A stretch of 64,000 bases of DNA from an uncultured delta proteobacterium (GTDB taxonomy: Bacteria; Myxococcota; Myxococcia; Myxococcales; Myxococcaceae): NCBI GenBank assembly GCA_963713045.1, contig CAVQKE010000005.1, positions 256,001-320,000 on the forward strand, in the 5' to 3' direction. Position 1 is the stretch's first letter, and each line of letters starts with the position of its first letter. The notes under the pieces were generated by a model. It saw nothing but the letters and a program-made list of their open reading frames with translations. It was not told the DNA's origin and made no database searches. Below are positions 10,883-22,717 of the stretch, one piece after another. The position numbers were made by a program, and so were the translations under genes.

Positions 10883-12967
10883 CTAAAACTTTTCGCGGGC
10901 CAGCCCGCGGAGGGAGAAGAAGGCAACCGCTGCCACCAGCAGCGCCAGCGGCAGCAGGCGCAGCGCTTCCGGCACCGGCCCATAGGGAGCGCGCAGGACG
11001 CCTTCACGGGTGATGACGCAGGCCGCGGCGAACAGGAAGAGGAAGGCGTAGCCCACGCCGCGCAGCACAGCGCCGCTGAAGACGTGCCCCAGCCCACTGC
11101 AGAGGAGCCCCAGCGTGTACGCAATGCGGCTGCTGCGGGCGCGGTGGCGGCGCACTTCCATTTCCTTATTCACCTTGAGGAGAGGCGGCACCACACCCCG
11201 CCGCGCGAAGACGTTGACACACTGCGCGCAAAAGGAGCTGCCGACGCTGAGCTGCGGGTCGCACCGCCGGCACACCGGACGGCCGCACTTGTCGCAGGCA
11301 TGACCGACGCCACGCCCCTGCCGGGTAAAGCCGAAGGCCACCAGCGCGCCTGCCACCACCAACGGCACCACTGCGCCGGTGGGGCCATCGAGGCCGCCTT
11401 GGAGGGCGGCGGTGGCCTGCATCCGCACCCGTGCCCTGCGGCCCGGCACATCGGCCAGCGCGGCAAGTTCGGCCTTGGGGAGCGCTGGGCTGAGCAACAA
11501 GCGGTTCATCAGCGGCTTGTCGTCTGGAGGGTCCTGCCGTTGCGAGAGGCGCTCGTCCAGGCGGACCGCCGAGGCCAGCGCCGTCTGAGCGCGGTCTAGC
11601 TCGGCCCCCACCGTGTCGTCATTCAACCCCCGGGCGCGCCGGCGGTGCAGCTTGGCCGCATTCCAATAGGCCTCGACCAACGTCGGGTCGGCCTCGCTGG
11701 CGCGGGCATACAGCTGTGCCGCGGCGTCCAGCTTCCCCTGGACGAAGGCCAGGTTGCCCTCCTCGGTGAGGAGCCGCGCATCCGAAGGCCGCTGGGCGCC
11801 GGCGGCGGTGAAGGCGACTTCCGCCTCGGCCAGGTGCCCGCGGCGAGCTTCATAGCGCCCCAAGGCGTACAGCTCGCCGAAGCTGGGATGTTCTCGGGAG
11901 CGAACGTTGGCCGCCCCTTGCGCCGCGTCCAGTCCCCCGCGCTCCAGCCGGTCGACGTCCTCGGCTGGCGTCCCGGCGAAGGCCGTGGCCGACGCCAGCC
12001 GGCCGGCCACCACCGGCACCGCCCCCAGCCCAGCCAACAGCACCAGCGCCACCACGCGCTCGCTGGCGGAGAGGTAGAGGGTCAGGGCGGCCAGCACCAT
12101 CAGCAGCTCCACCGCCAAGCCAAGGTGAAACACCAACGGCAACAGCAGCACCAAAAGCACCAGGGCGGACGTCTGCCAGCGGGCCACCGCGCGCGGGAAG
12201 AGGTGGTGCACGTCATGGAAGAGAAGCGGCGCATGCCGCAGAAACAGGACGGCCATCGCTGCCACCGCCGTGGCCACCCAGGCGAACAGCAGCGCGCTGC
12301 CGACGTCAGCCAGCGCGCTGCGGGCATAGCGCGGGTCGTCCCAGAAGGCCCTCGCCGCCGCCTTGAGGGAAACCACCACCCGCCCCCAGGCCAAGGGCTC
12401 CTCGGCAAGCTGGGCCTGGGCAAGCCCCAAGTACACGTAGGGGACGCTGGGGGACAGCTCTGCCGCAACGCTGGCCAGCTCGACGCTGCCCCGCATGTCC
12501 TGGCGCCTCCGGCGTTCAGTCGCGGCGCGCAGCATGGCCACACTCATCGGCTCAAGGTCCGAGATGCCCAAGTCTTCCCGAAGGCCCAATAAGTCGCTGC
12601 GCGCCCCATCGGCGACACGGCTGGCCCCCTCCCGCTCGGCTTGTTGCCAGCGCCGAAATGTCGAGAGGAGCTCCGAGTCCCCGGCGGTGGGGACAATCGG
12701 CAAGGGCAAGGTCCGCGCCGCCGTGGGCGCTGCCACCTCGGCCGCCTTGGGCACCGCCGGCGCTGCAGTGCGCGGCGGCACCGCGCGCGCGGGCGGAGGT
12801 GGCTCGGGCGGAGGGACCGGGCGGCGCGGTGGGGGCCGTTTCGGCGGCTCCTGCTCCAGCTCCTCCACCGGACGCGGGGGTTCCACCTGTGCGGGCGCGA
12901 CTTGGGACGCCAGCAGGGCCAGCAGTGCGGCGAGCGCGCGAGTGCCGCGGAGGCCAGGAAGAGGCAT
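10883..12967 (-). CDS. Multi-TM TPR protein with C-terminal Cys-rich zinc-finger-like motif
   Basis: Signal peptide, Pro-rich linker, TPR-like helices, TM bundle, CDKCGRPVCRRC...FCAQC. Start approximate. Confidence 0.75.
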   Translation of the reverse strand: MPLPGLRGTRALAALLALLASQVAPAQVEPPRPVEELEQEPPKRPPPRRPVPPPEPPPPARAVPPRTAAPAVPKAAEVAAPTAARTLPLPIVPTAGDSELLSTFRRWQQAEREGASRVADGARSDLLGLREDLGISDLEPMSVAMLRAATERRRRQDMRGSVELASVAAELSPSVPYVYLGLAQAQLAEEPLAWGRVVVSLKAAARAFWDDPRYARSALADVGSALLFAWVATAVAAMAVLFLRHAPLLFHDVHHLFPRAVARWQTSALVLLVLLLPLVFHLGLAVELLMVLAALTLYLSASERVVALVLLAGLGAVPVVAGRLASATAFAGTPAEDVDRLERGGLDAAQGAANVRSREHPSFGELYALGRYEARRGHLAEAEVAFTAAGAQRPSDARLLTEEGNLAFVQGKLDAAAQLYARASEADPTLVEAYWNAAKLHRRRARGLNDDTVGAELDRAQTALASAVRLDERLSQRQDPPDDKPLMNRLLLSPALPKAELAALADVPGRRARVRMQATAALQGGLDGPTGAVVPLVVAGALVAFGFTRQGRGVGHACDKCGRPVCRRCDPQLSVGSSFCAQCVNVFARRGVVPPLLKVNKEMEVRRHRARSSRIAYTLGLLCSGLGHVFSGAVLRGVGYAFLFLFAAACVITREGVLRAPYGPVPEALRLLPLALLVAAVAFFSLRGLAREKF

Positions 12968-13077
12968 GCTTACGCCAAGCATCCTACGCGAGCACGGCGG
13001 CACCGCAATGCTTCCGACGGCGGGCGCACCCGTCTCTGCCCCTCGGGCCCTCCATCCGGAGGCCCGGGTGACTGCCC

Positions 13078-14481
13078 TTGTCCCCGTCGGCCCTCCCGGG
13101 CTATTTGCGCTCGCTGCTGCGCCCGACCGGAGGTCGCCCCCCTGTGCTTCTCGCCCTAGCAGCCGCTGCCCTGCTCACCGCCAGTCCTGCGGCCGCTTCT
13201 CCAACTGGCCCGAAGCCGGAGGTGCACCAACTGAAGAATGGCTTGCGCGTCGTCTTCATCCCCTTCGACTCGCCTGGGTTGGTGGCCTACTACACGCTGA
13301 TGCGCGTCGGCAGCCGCAATGAGCCGGAGCCCGGCCGCTCCGGCTATGCCCACTTCTTCGAACACATGATGTTTCGAGGCACGCCCACCAACCCCGCCGG
13401 GAAATACAAGGACAGCGTGGCCGCGCTGGGGCTGGACTCCAACGCCTTCACCAGCGAGGACATGACCGTCTACCACCTGTTCGGGCCTTCCAAGGCGCTG
13501 CCCAGCATCATCGAACTTGAAGCCGACCGCTTCCAGCACCTTGCTTACAACGAGGCGCAATTCAAGACGGAGGCCGGAGCCATCCTCGGCGAGTACGCCA
13601 AAAACGCCTCCAACCCGTTGCTCCTGATGGATGAGAAGCTGCTCGAGACGGCCTACACCCAACACACCTACCGCCACACCGTCATCGGCTACCTGGCCGA
13701 CGTGAAGGCAATGCCGGCTGGCTACACCTACTCTCTCGACTTCTTCCGCCGCTATTACACCCCGGACAACGCCACCATTTTCGTCGTCGGGGACTTTGAC
13801 CACCCAGCCGCACTGGCCGAGATTGAAAAAGCCTACGGCAGCTGGAAAGGAAAGGCCCACCCGGCGGCCATTCCGCCGGAGCCGCCCCAACACGCCGCGC
13901 GCCGTGCCAACGTCCCGTGGACGACGCCGACGCTGCCGCGGGTGTGGATGGTTTGGCACACGCCGTCGGCGAGCAACTTGCGCGCCACCGCGGTCCAAAT
14001 GGTGCTCAGCGAGTACCTCTTCGGAGAGACGAGTCCCTTGGTGGAGGACTTGGTCCGGACGCGGCAGATTGCCGACGCGGTCGACTCCTCCTACGACCCA
14101 CACCGCGACCCGACACTCTTCGGCGTGCTGTTGCGGATGAAGGCAGAGAAGGACCTCGCAACCGGCGAGCAGGCCGTCCTGGAACAAATTCAACGGGTGG
14201 CCACCGGCAAGATGGTCGCCGCACGGGTGGCCGCGGTGCGTTCCAACGTGAAGTACGGACGGCTCATGTCCCAGGACCGAGCCAACGAGGTGGCGGTGCA
14301 GACGGCGGTGACCACCGCCCTCACCGGGGACGTCAACTACCAGGACAAACTGCTGGCCACCATCTCCACCGTCACCCCCCAGGAGCTGACCGCCTTCGCC
14401 AAGAAATACCTGGTTCCGTCCAACTCGACGACGGTGACGCTGGAAACCGCGCCGGCGCCAGCGCCGGGAGGGACCAACTGA
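13078..14481 (+). CDS. M16 (pitrilysin/insulinase) zinc peptidase, catalytic subunit
   Basis: Signal peptide, VGSRNE, AHFFEHMMFRGT (HxxEH), NAFTS, YYTPDNA. Alternative GTG start at 13144 with GGAGG SD. Confidence 0.93.
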   Translation: MSPSALPGYLRSLLRPTGGRPPVLLALAAAALLTASPAAASPTGPKPEVHQLKNGLRVVFIPFDSPGLVAYYTLMRVGSRNEPEPGRSGYAHFFEHMMFRGTPTNPAGKYKDSVAALGLDSNAFTSEDMTVYHLFGPSKALPSIIELEADRFQHLAYNEAQFKTEAGAILGEYAKNASNPLLLMDEKLLETAYTQHTYRHTVIGYLADVKAMPAGYTYSLDFFRRYYTPDNATIFVVGDFDHPAALAEIEKAYGSWKGKAHPAAIPPEPPQHAARRANVPWTTPTLPRVWMVWHTPSASNLRATAVQMVLSEYLFGETSPLVEDLVRTRQIADAVDSSYDPHRDPTLFGVLLRMKAEKDLATGEQAVLEQIQRVATGKMVAARVAAVRSNVKYGRLMSQDRANEVAVQTAVTTALTGDVNYQDKLLATISTVTPQELTAFAKKYLVPSNSTTVTLETAPAPAPGGTN

Positions 14482-16097
14482 TGCGTGCACTCACACCGGG
14501 AGTTGCGGCCTTCCTGCTGTTGCTCTCCAGTTGTGCAACGTCAGAGACGAAAACAGCCCCGGCCGCAGCGCCTGCTGCGCAGGCCACCCCCACCGCTGCT
14601 CCTCCCGCTGCGCCGCCAGCGGAGACGCCCTTGCCCCCGCCCGGGCCGGTGGGGCCGGTCGTGCTTCCACCCTCCGACTCGCCGCTGGTGGTGGTGGAGC
14701 TGCGCTTCCGCGCTGGCTCAGTGGACGACCCGGACGGGCAAAAAGGGGTGACGGCACTCGCCGCGCACCTGCTGTCTGAAGGCGGCACGCAGGCCCTCAC
14801 CTCGCAGCAGCTGCTGGAGGCGCTGTTCCCCTACGCCGCCGACTGGTGGGTGCGGGTGGACAAGGAGCAGACGACTTTCGGCATGCGGGTCCATCGCGAC
14901 GGACTGGAGAAGGTCTCCGGGCTGCTGGTGGACGCTCTGGTGCATCCGCGCTGGGACCCGCGGGAGTTTGAACGCCTCAGGGACAAGGTGGTGAACGACA
15001 TTGAGAAGCGGCTCCGTCAGGGGGACGACGAGAACCTCGGCAAGTCGGCACTGGGCGAGATGATGTTCCAACACCACCGCTATGGCTGGCTGACCGAGGG
15101 GCACGTCGAAGACCTCCGCAAGCTGACGCTGGACAATGTGCGCGCCCAGGCGGCCCGTGTCTTCAGCTGGGACCGACTCTCCATCGGCATCGCCGGCGGC
15201 TACCCGGCGGACCTGCAGGCGCGCCTCACCACCGCCCTCCAGGCCCTGCCCACCACCGGGGCCGCCCCGCCGGTGCTGACTGTCGCTTCACCCCACCGGC
15301 CGAGATTTCTCTTGGTGCAGAAGCAGACGGACTCCACGGCCATCTCCATCGGCTACCCGTGGGCGCTCAGCCGTGGCAGTCCGGACTGGGCGGCCATGTC
15401 CGTCGCGCGCAGCGCTTTCGGCGAGCACCGCCAATTCAACGGCCGCCTGGTGCGGCGTCTGCGCGAGCAGCGGGGACTCAACTACGGCGACTATGCCTAC
15501 CTCGAGTATTTCGTCCAGGAGGGCGGCGAGGCCTCTACCGCCCAAACCGGGCGCGCCCGGCGACAGCAGGCCTTCACCCTGTGGCTTCGGCCGGTGCAAA
15601 ACAACAACGCTCTGTTCGCCCTGCGGGCGGCGCTTTACCAGCTGCAGCGTTCGGTGAGCGCGGAACCCTTCTCCGACGCGGAGATTTCCAAGACACAAGG
15701 CTTTCTGGATGGCTACCTGCTCCTGTTCGCCCAAACCGACGCGCGCCAGCTGGGCTACGCGTTGGACGACCAATTCCTCAACCTGAAGCACTTCCTCACC
15801 AGCTGGCGGATGGCCGTCCCCAAAGTGACGACCGCCGAGGTGAATCAGGCGTGGAGGCGCTGGGTCCACCCGGACGACGTCCAGGTGGTCCTGGTGACGC
15901 CCGATGCGGCCGGGATGAAGAAGGCCATTTTGGCCAACGCCCCCTCGCCGATGAATTACCCGAAAGACGCCCAAGGCAAGCCCCAGGATGTGCCCAAGGC
16001 CCAGGCGGAAGCGGACGCCGAAATCGCCACCTTCCCCTTTGGCGCACGGGGAGAAGAGGATGTGCGGATTGTCCCGGTGGGCGAACTCTTCCAGTAG
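14481..16097 (+). CDS. M16 peptidase family non-catalytic partner, lipoprotein
   Basis: ATG overlaps the previous TGA. Lipobox LLLSSC, AGSVDDP, no HxxEH, and LREQRGLNY (M16 R-Y motif). Confidence 0.88.
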   Translation: MRALTPGVAAFLLLLSSCATSETKTAPAAAPAAQATPTAAPPAAPPAETPLPPPGPVGPVVLPPSDSPLVVVELRFRAGSVDDPDGQKGVTALAAHLLSEGGTQALTSQQLLEALFPYAADWWVRVDKEQTTFGMRVHRDGLEKVSGLLVDALVHPRWDPREFERLRDKVVNDIEKRLRQGDDENLGKSALGEMMFQHHRYGWLTEGHVEDLRKLTLDNVRAQAARVFSWDRLSIGIAGGYPADLQARLTTALQALPTTGAAPPVLTVASPHRPRFLLVQKQTDSTAISIGYPWALSRGSPDWAAMSVARSAFGEHRQFNGRLVRRLREQRGLNYGDYAYLEYFVQEGGEASTAQTGRARRQQAFTLWLRPVQNNNALFALRAALYQLQRSVSAEPFSDAEISKTQGFLDGYLLLFAQTDARQLGYALDDQFLNLKHFLTSWRMAVPKVTTAEVNQAWRRWVHPDDVQVVLVTPDAAGMKKAILANAPSPMNYPKDAQGKPQDVPKAQAEADAEIATFPFGARGEEDVRIVPVGELFQ

Positions 16098-16126
16098 CGT
16101 CGGGTGAGGGCGCCTCGCCCCACCCC

Positions 16127-17800
16127 ATGGAACGTCTGGCCGCTGCGCTTCCGGTGCTTCGCTGGCTGCCCGTCTACCAGCGCCGTTGGCTTGCCTGGGA
16201 CGTCCTGGCCGGGACGACGCTGGCCGCCTACGCCGTCCCGAACGCAGTGGCCTATGCGCTGCTGGCCGGCCTGCCGCCGGTGGCGGGGCTGGCGGGCTAT
16301 CTCTTCGGCGGCCTGGTGTACGCCGTGCTGGGTACCGCCCGGCGTGTCTCGGTGGGGCCGACGTCGGCCATCTCCCTGTTGGTAGCAACCACCGTCGCCC
16401 CGCTGGCCGCGGGCGACGCCCATCGCTACGCCGCCCTCGCTGGGACCGCGGCGCTGCTGGTGGGCGCGCTGGCTCTCGCTGCCGCGGCCCTGCGCTGGGG
16501 CGGCATTGCCCACTTCCTGAGCGGGCCGGTCCTCACCGGCTACAAATTCGGCGCGGCGCTCGTCATTGTCTCCACCCAGCTGCCGACGCTTCTCGGCGTC
16601 CCCCCAGGCGGAGACTCGACGCTGTCACGACTCGGGCACCTCCTCCGCCACCTGGGCCAGGCCCAGCCTTGGGTGTTGGGGGTGGGGCTTCTCGCCTTGG
16701 GCCTCCTGGAACTCGGCCAGCGCCGCTGGCCTCGGCTGCCGGTGGGCCTTCTGGTGGTGGTGGCCTCCATGGGCGCCGCGCAGCTGTGGCGGCTGGACGG
16801 CCGAGGCGTGCCGTTGGTGGGAAAGGTACCGGAGGGGCTACCGCACTTCGCCTGGCCGACGGTGGACATCCAGGACGCCCGACAGCTGGTGCCGCTGGCC
16901 CTGGCCTGTTTCGTCCTGGCCTACCTCGAAGGCATGGCCAGTGCGCGGGCCTTCACGTCCAGCAACGAGGAGAAGCTAGACCCCAACCAGGAGCTGCTGG
17001 CGCTCGGCGTGGCCAACGCGGTGCTGGGCGTCGGCCAGGGCTACCCAGTCGGCGGCGGCTTCTCCCAGTCCGCGGTCAATGCGCGGGCCGGCGCGCGCAC
17101 TCCGCTGTCCCTGGTGGTGACTTCGGGGTGGATGGCCGTGCTGCTGTTGTTTTTGGTGGGCGCCTTCGCCCGGCTTCCGCTGGCCACGTTGGCCGCGCTG
17201 GTGGTGGCCTCGGTCACGGCCTTCATGGACGTGAGTGAGTTGGTGCGTCTGGCACGCGTCCGGCCGAGCGCACTGGCGGTGGCGTTGGTCTGCGCGGTGG
17301 GGGTGGTGTACCTCGGCATTCTGCAGGGCGTGCTGGTGGCGACGCTTCTGTCGTTGGCCCTCATCCTTCGAGCCGAGGCCTCGCTCGGGGTCTCCGAGCT
17401 GGGCGCGCTGCACGGCGAAGTCCACTACGCCGACCGCTCGCGCCACCCCGAATGCCGGCGCCCTCCGGCGGCGCTGGTGCTGCGCATTGATGGGCCGCTC
17501 TTGTACTTCAACACCGACTCGGTGGAGTCCCGCATTCTTCAGGCGGTGGCCGCGGCGCAGCCCGGCGTCCGGCACGTGGCGTTGGACATGAGTTTCAGCA
17601 CCGACCTGGACGTCTCGGCAGGCGACATGCTGAGGAGGCTCGCCGGCGAGCTTCAAGCCCAGGGCGTGTCCCTCTCCTTGGCGGAGGTGCACCACCGCGC
17701 GCGGGCAGACCTCGTCCGGCAGGGGCTGGGCGCGCTGTTGGTGGACGCTGGCCGGCGGCTGACGGTGAAGGAGACGCTGGCGCGGCTGAATGGCGGCTGA
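16127..17800 (+). CDS. SulP family inorganic anion transporter with STAS domain
   Basis: DVLAGTTLAAYAVPNAVAYALLAGLPP, VGPTS, NQELLALG, GGFSQSAVN, RIDGPLLYFN and STAS C-terminus. Confidence 0.93.
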   Translation: MERLAAALPVLRWLPVYQRRWLAWDVLAGTTLAAYAVPNAVAYALLAGLPPVAGLAGYLFGGLVYAVLGTARRVSVGPTSAISLLVATTVAPLAAGDAHRYAALAGTAALLVGALALAAAALRWGGIAHFLSGPVLTGYKFGAALVIVSTQLPTLLGVPPGGDSTLSRLGHLLRHLGQAQPWVLGVGLLALGLLELGQRRWPRLPVGLLVVVASMGAAQLWRLDGRGVPLVGKVPEGLPHFAWPTVDIQDARQLVPLALACFVLAYLEGMASARAFTSSNEEKLDPNQELLALGVANAVLGVGQGYPVGGGFSQSAVNARAGARTPLSLVVTSGWMAVLLLFLVGAFARLPLATLAALVVASVTAFMDVSELVRLARVRPSALAVALVCAVGVVYLGILQGVLVATLLSLALILRAEASLGVSELGALHGEVHYADRSRHPECRRPPAALVLRIDGPLLYFNTDSVESRILQAVAAAQPGVRHVALDMSFSTDLDVSAGDMLRRLAGELQAQGVSLSLAEVHHRARADLVRQGLGALLVDAGRRLTVKETLARLNGG

Positions 17801-17836
17801 AAGCGTCCGACGCCCGTGTTAGCCGGGGTGGACCCT

Positions 17837-19021
17837 ATGGCACGTACCGGCGAAGCAGTTGAGCGTCTGCAAGGCATCATGGCCCGCTTGCGCGCGGACG
17901 GGGGTTGCCCCTGGGACCGCGCCCAGAATTTGAAAAGCCTCCGCCCGTACCTGGTCGAGGAAACCTACGAAGTGCTGGAGGAGATGGACCGCGTCTCGGA
18001 GGGCGGCCCCTGGCGCCCATTGTGTGAGGAGCTCGGAGACCTCCTCTTTCAAATTGTCTTCCACGCGCAGCTGGCCAGAGAAATGGGGGAGTTCTCCCTC
18101 ACCGACGTGGCGGAGGCCATCTCCAACAAGATTGTCCACCGCCACCCGCACGTGTTTGGCGAGCTGCGCGTGGCCGGAACCGAGCAGGTACTGGCCAACT
18201 GGGCCCGGCTGAAAGCCGAGGAGCGCCGGCAGAAGACGGGCAGTGAAGGCTCGGTGCTGGAGGGCGTGCCCTCCGGGGCGCCAGCGCTGCTGCGCGCCGA
18301 GCGCCTCGGCGAGAAGGCGTCACGGCTGGGCTTTGACTGGCCGGATGTCGCGGGCGTGCGGGGGAAGTTGGACGAGGAGCTTTCCGAGTTGAACCTCGCC
18401 CTGGCTTCGCAAGACCCGGCCCGGGTGGAGCACGAATTGGGGGACGTCCTCTTCAGCCTGGCCAACCTGGCGCGCCACCTGGGCACGCCGGCCGAAGACG
18501 CGCTGCGGGCTGCCAACAGCCGCTTCACCTCGCGCTTTCAAGCGGTGGAAAGGGGCCTGCGCGAGGCGGCCGTCCCCTTCGGCGAGGCCAGCCTTCCGCA
18601 ACTGGAAGCGCTGTGGCAGAAGGCCAAGGCCGAGGAGGCGGCGCTGCCCCGCCCGGTGCGTCCGCCCCGGGCCGAGGTGGTGTGTCTGCGGCTGAATGTG
18701 GCCGGCTTGGAGCCTGAGTTTTGGCAGGCGGTGACGCCGCATTTGGGTTGGGCGCTGTCCGTGGAAGACGCGCGTCTGCGTTTGTCAACTCCCAGCTTCG
18801 CGCTGGAGTTGGTGGTCGGTCCCACCGGCGCGCCGGCGGACGTCGAAGCGCGCCTCGCCGTGGACGTCCCAGCGCTGGCGGCGGCCGTACGCCGTACCGG
18901 CGGCACCTTCCAGCAACTCTCACCTGCCGGCTGCGTCTTCTCTGACCCGGGGCGTTCGGTGGTGGTGCGTTGTCGTACCTGCGCGGAGGGTGAACCTTCT
19001 CTTCCCACAGGACCTGTCTGA
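17837..19021 (+). CDS. mazG: Nucleoside triphosphate pyrophosphohydrolase MazG with C-terminal extension
   Basis: GCPWDRAQ, EETYEV, EELGDLLFQIVFH, RHPHVFG, GFDW, ELGDVLF, then ~120 extra residues. Confidence 0.93.
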   Translation: MARTGEAVERLQGIMARLRADGGCPWDRAQNLKSLRPYLVEETYEVLEEMDRVSEGGPWRPLCEELGDLLFQIVFHAQLAREMGEFSLTDVAEAISNKIVHRHPHVFGELRVAGTEQVLANWARLKAEERRQKTGSEGSVLEGVPSGAPALLRAERLGEKASRLGFDWPDVAGVRGKLDEELSELNLALASQDPARVEHELGDVLFSLANLARHLGTPAEDALRAANSRFTSRFQAVERGLREAAVPFGEASLPQLEALWQKAKAEEAALPRPVRPPRAEVVCLRLNVAGLEPEFWQAVTPHLGWALSVEDARLRLSTPSFALELVVGPTGAPADVEARLAVDVPALAAAVRRTGGTFQQLSPAGCVFSDPGRSVVVRCRTCAEGEPSLPTGPV

Positions 19022-19197
19022 AACCTGGGGGCAAGCTGGTGGGGGGTGACAATGGTGAGGCGACGGCCTTCTGACAGTGCGGGACTGCCGCTTCCTGCAG
19101 CACGCGCACTCGGCCTTTTTTCCCAAGCGGTTAGCGGCCCATCGCCCGGGTTTTTCCACAACGCCGACGCCGCCGCTGGGTGACGCACAGCCTCGGC

Positions 19198-19226
19198 TTG
19201 ACGCCCCCCTCGCCCTCCGGTACTGA
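19198..19226 (+). promoter_or_regulatory. Possible sigma70-type promoter for rpsT
   Basis: TTGACG-N17-TACTGA about 40 nt upstream of the rpsT GTG. The -10 match is weak. Confidence 0.3.
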
Positions 19227-19266
19227 GGGCCCCCTTTCCCACCTGACGGACTTCCCCGGAGCGGAC

Positions 19267-19548
19267 GTGGCCAATACGAAGTCAGCCGAAAAGCGCAGCC
19301 GACAGAATGACGTCCGCCGGGCGCGCAACCAATCCGTACGCACCCAGGTGAAGTCCGCGGTGAAAGCAGCGCGCGACGCCTTCACCAAAGGCGATGTCGC
19401 CGCATCGCAGCAGGCCCTCCGCCAGGCAGTGAAGACGTTGAGTACGGCTGCCAGCAAAGGCGTCCTTCACCCACGCAACGCCTCGCGCCGCATTTCCCGG
19501 CTGGCCCAAGCGCTGGCCAGCCGTCAGCCGGCGGCCACCCGCACGTAG
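19267..19548 (+). CDS. rpsT: 30S ribosomal protein S20
   Basis: ANTKSAEKRSRQ...RARN...KGVLHPRNASRRISRL. Confidence 0.97.
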   Translation: MANTKSAEKRSRQNDVRRARNQSVRTQVKSAVKAARDAFTKGDVAASQQALRQAVKTLSTAASKGVLHPRNASRRISRLAQALASRQPAATRT

Positions 19549-20024
19549 GCGTCCTGGGCCAGCGCGGCGGCCAGACGCTTCAACGCAGCCAAGCGGTTGG
19601 CCTCGACGCTGAGAATGTCCGGGCGCTGGCCTTGCAGGTAATCCTCGTCACCAGCCACGTCCGCCTGCGTCACCAACTCCGTGCCGCGGTAAAGCTTCAC
19701 CCGCAGCACCGCGTGCACCCGGTAGCTGAGGGCCTGCAGCGGACGGGGCGCACTTGAGGACGAGAGGACGGCCGGAGCCGCGGAGACGTAGATGATTTCT
19801 CCGTCCAAGTGCGCCGGGCTGTTTTCTCCCCCCAGCACGCCCACTCGGCCCAGCTGCTCGCGCAGCGCTTCGGTGAAGACGACTTCCAGCCCGGCCTCGG
19901 CCGTCTTATTCACCACCACCGGCACAAACACCGGGCCGCTGCCGCCGGCGAGGGACGGGCCGCCGGCGGTGAAGTGGTAGCCACAGCCACTACCCAAAAG
20001 CGCGAGGGCCAAGCGCCAGCGCAT
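19524..20024 (-). CDS. lptE: LPS assembly lipoprotein LptE family
   Basis: Lipobox LLGSGC-GYHF, NKTAEAGLE, directly downstream of leuS (conserved order). Confidence 0.8.
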   Translation of the reverse strand: MRWRLALALLGSGCGYHFTAGGPSLAGGSGPVFVPVVVNKTAEAGLEVVFTEALREQLGRVGVLGGENSPAHLDGEIIYVSAAPAVLSSSSAPRPLQALSYRVHAVLRVKLYRGTELVTQADVAGDEDYLQGQRPDILSVEANRLAALKRLAAALAQDAYVRVAAG

Positions 20025-20031
20025 GGCGGTG

Positions 20032-22527
<2,496 letters not shown>

Positions 22528-22717
22528 AGAAGCTGTCCCTCATATGGCCCACCGTGCGGTGGCGCAATCTTCCCTCGACTGCGGCCTCCGGCGGGTCAAG
22601 CTGGCGATGGCGATGCGGGATGACCTTCGACGCCGCGGACGCCCGCCGTCAGAAACGAATTGGCAATTCGAAGCGCCCACCGGCGGGCGTTGCTGCAAGG
22701 TGCCTTCGGCCAGTGGC

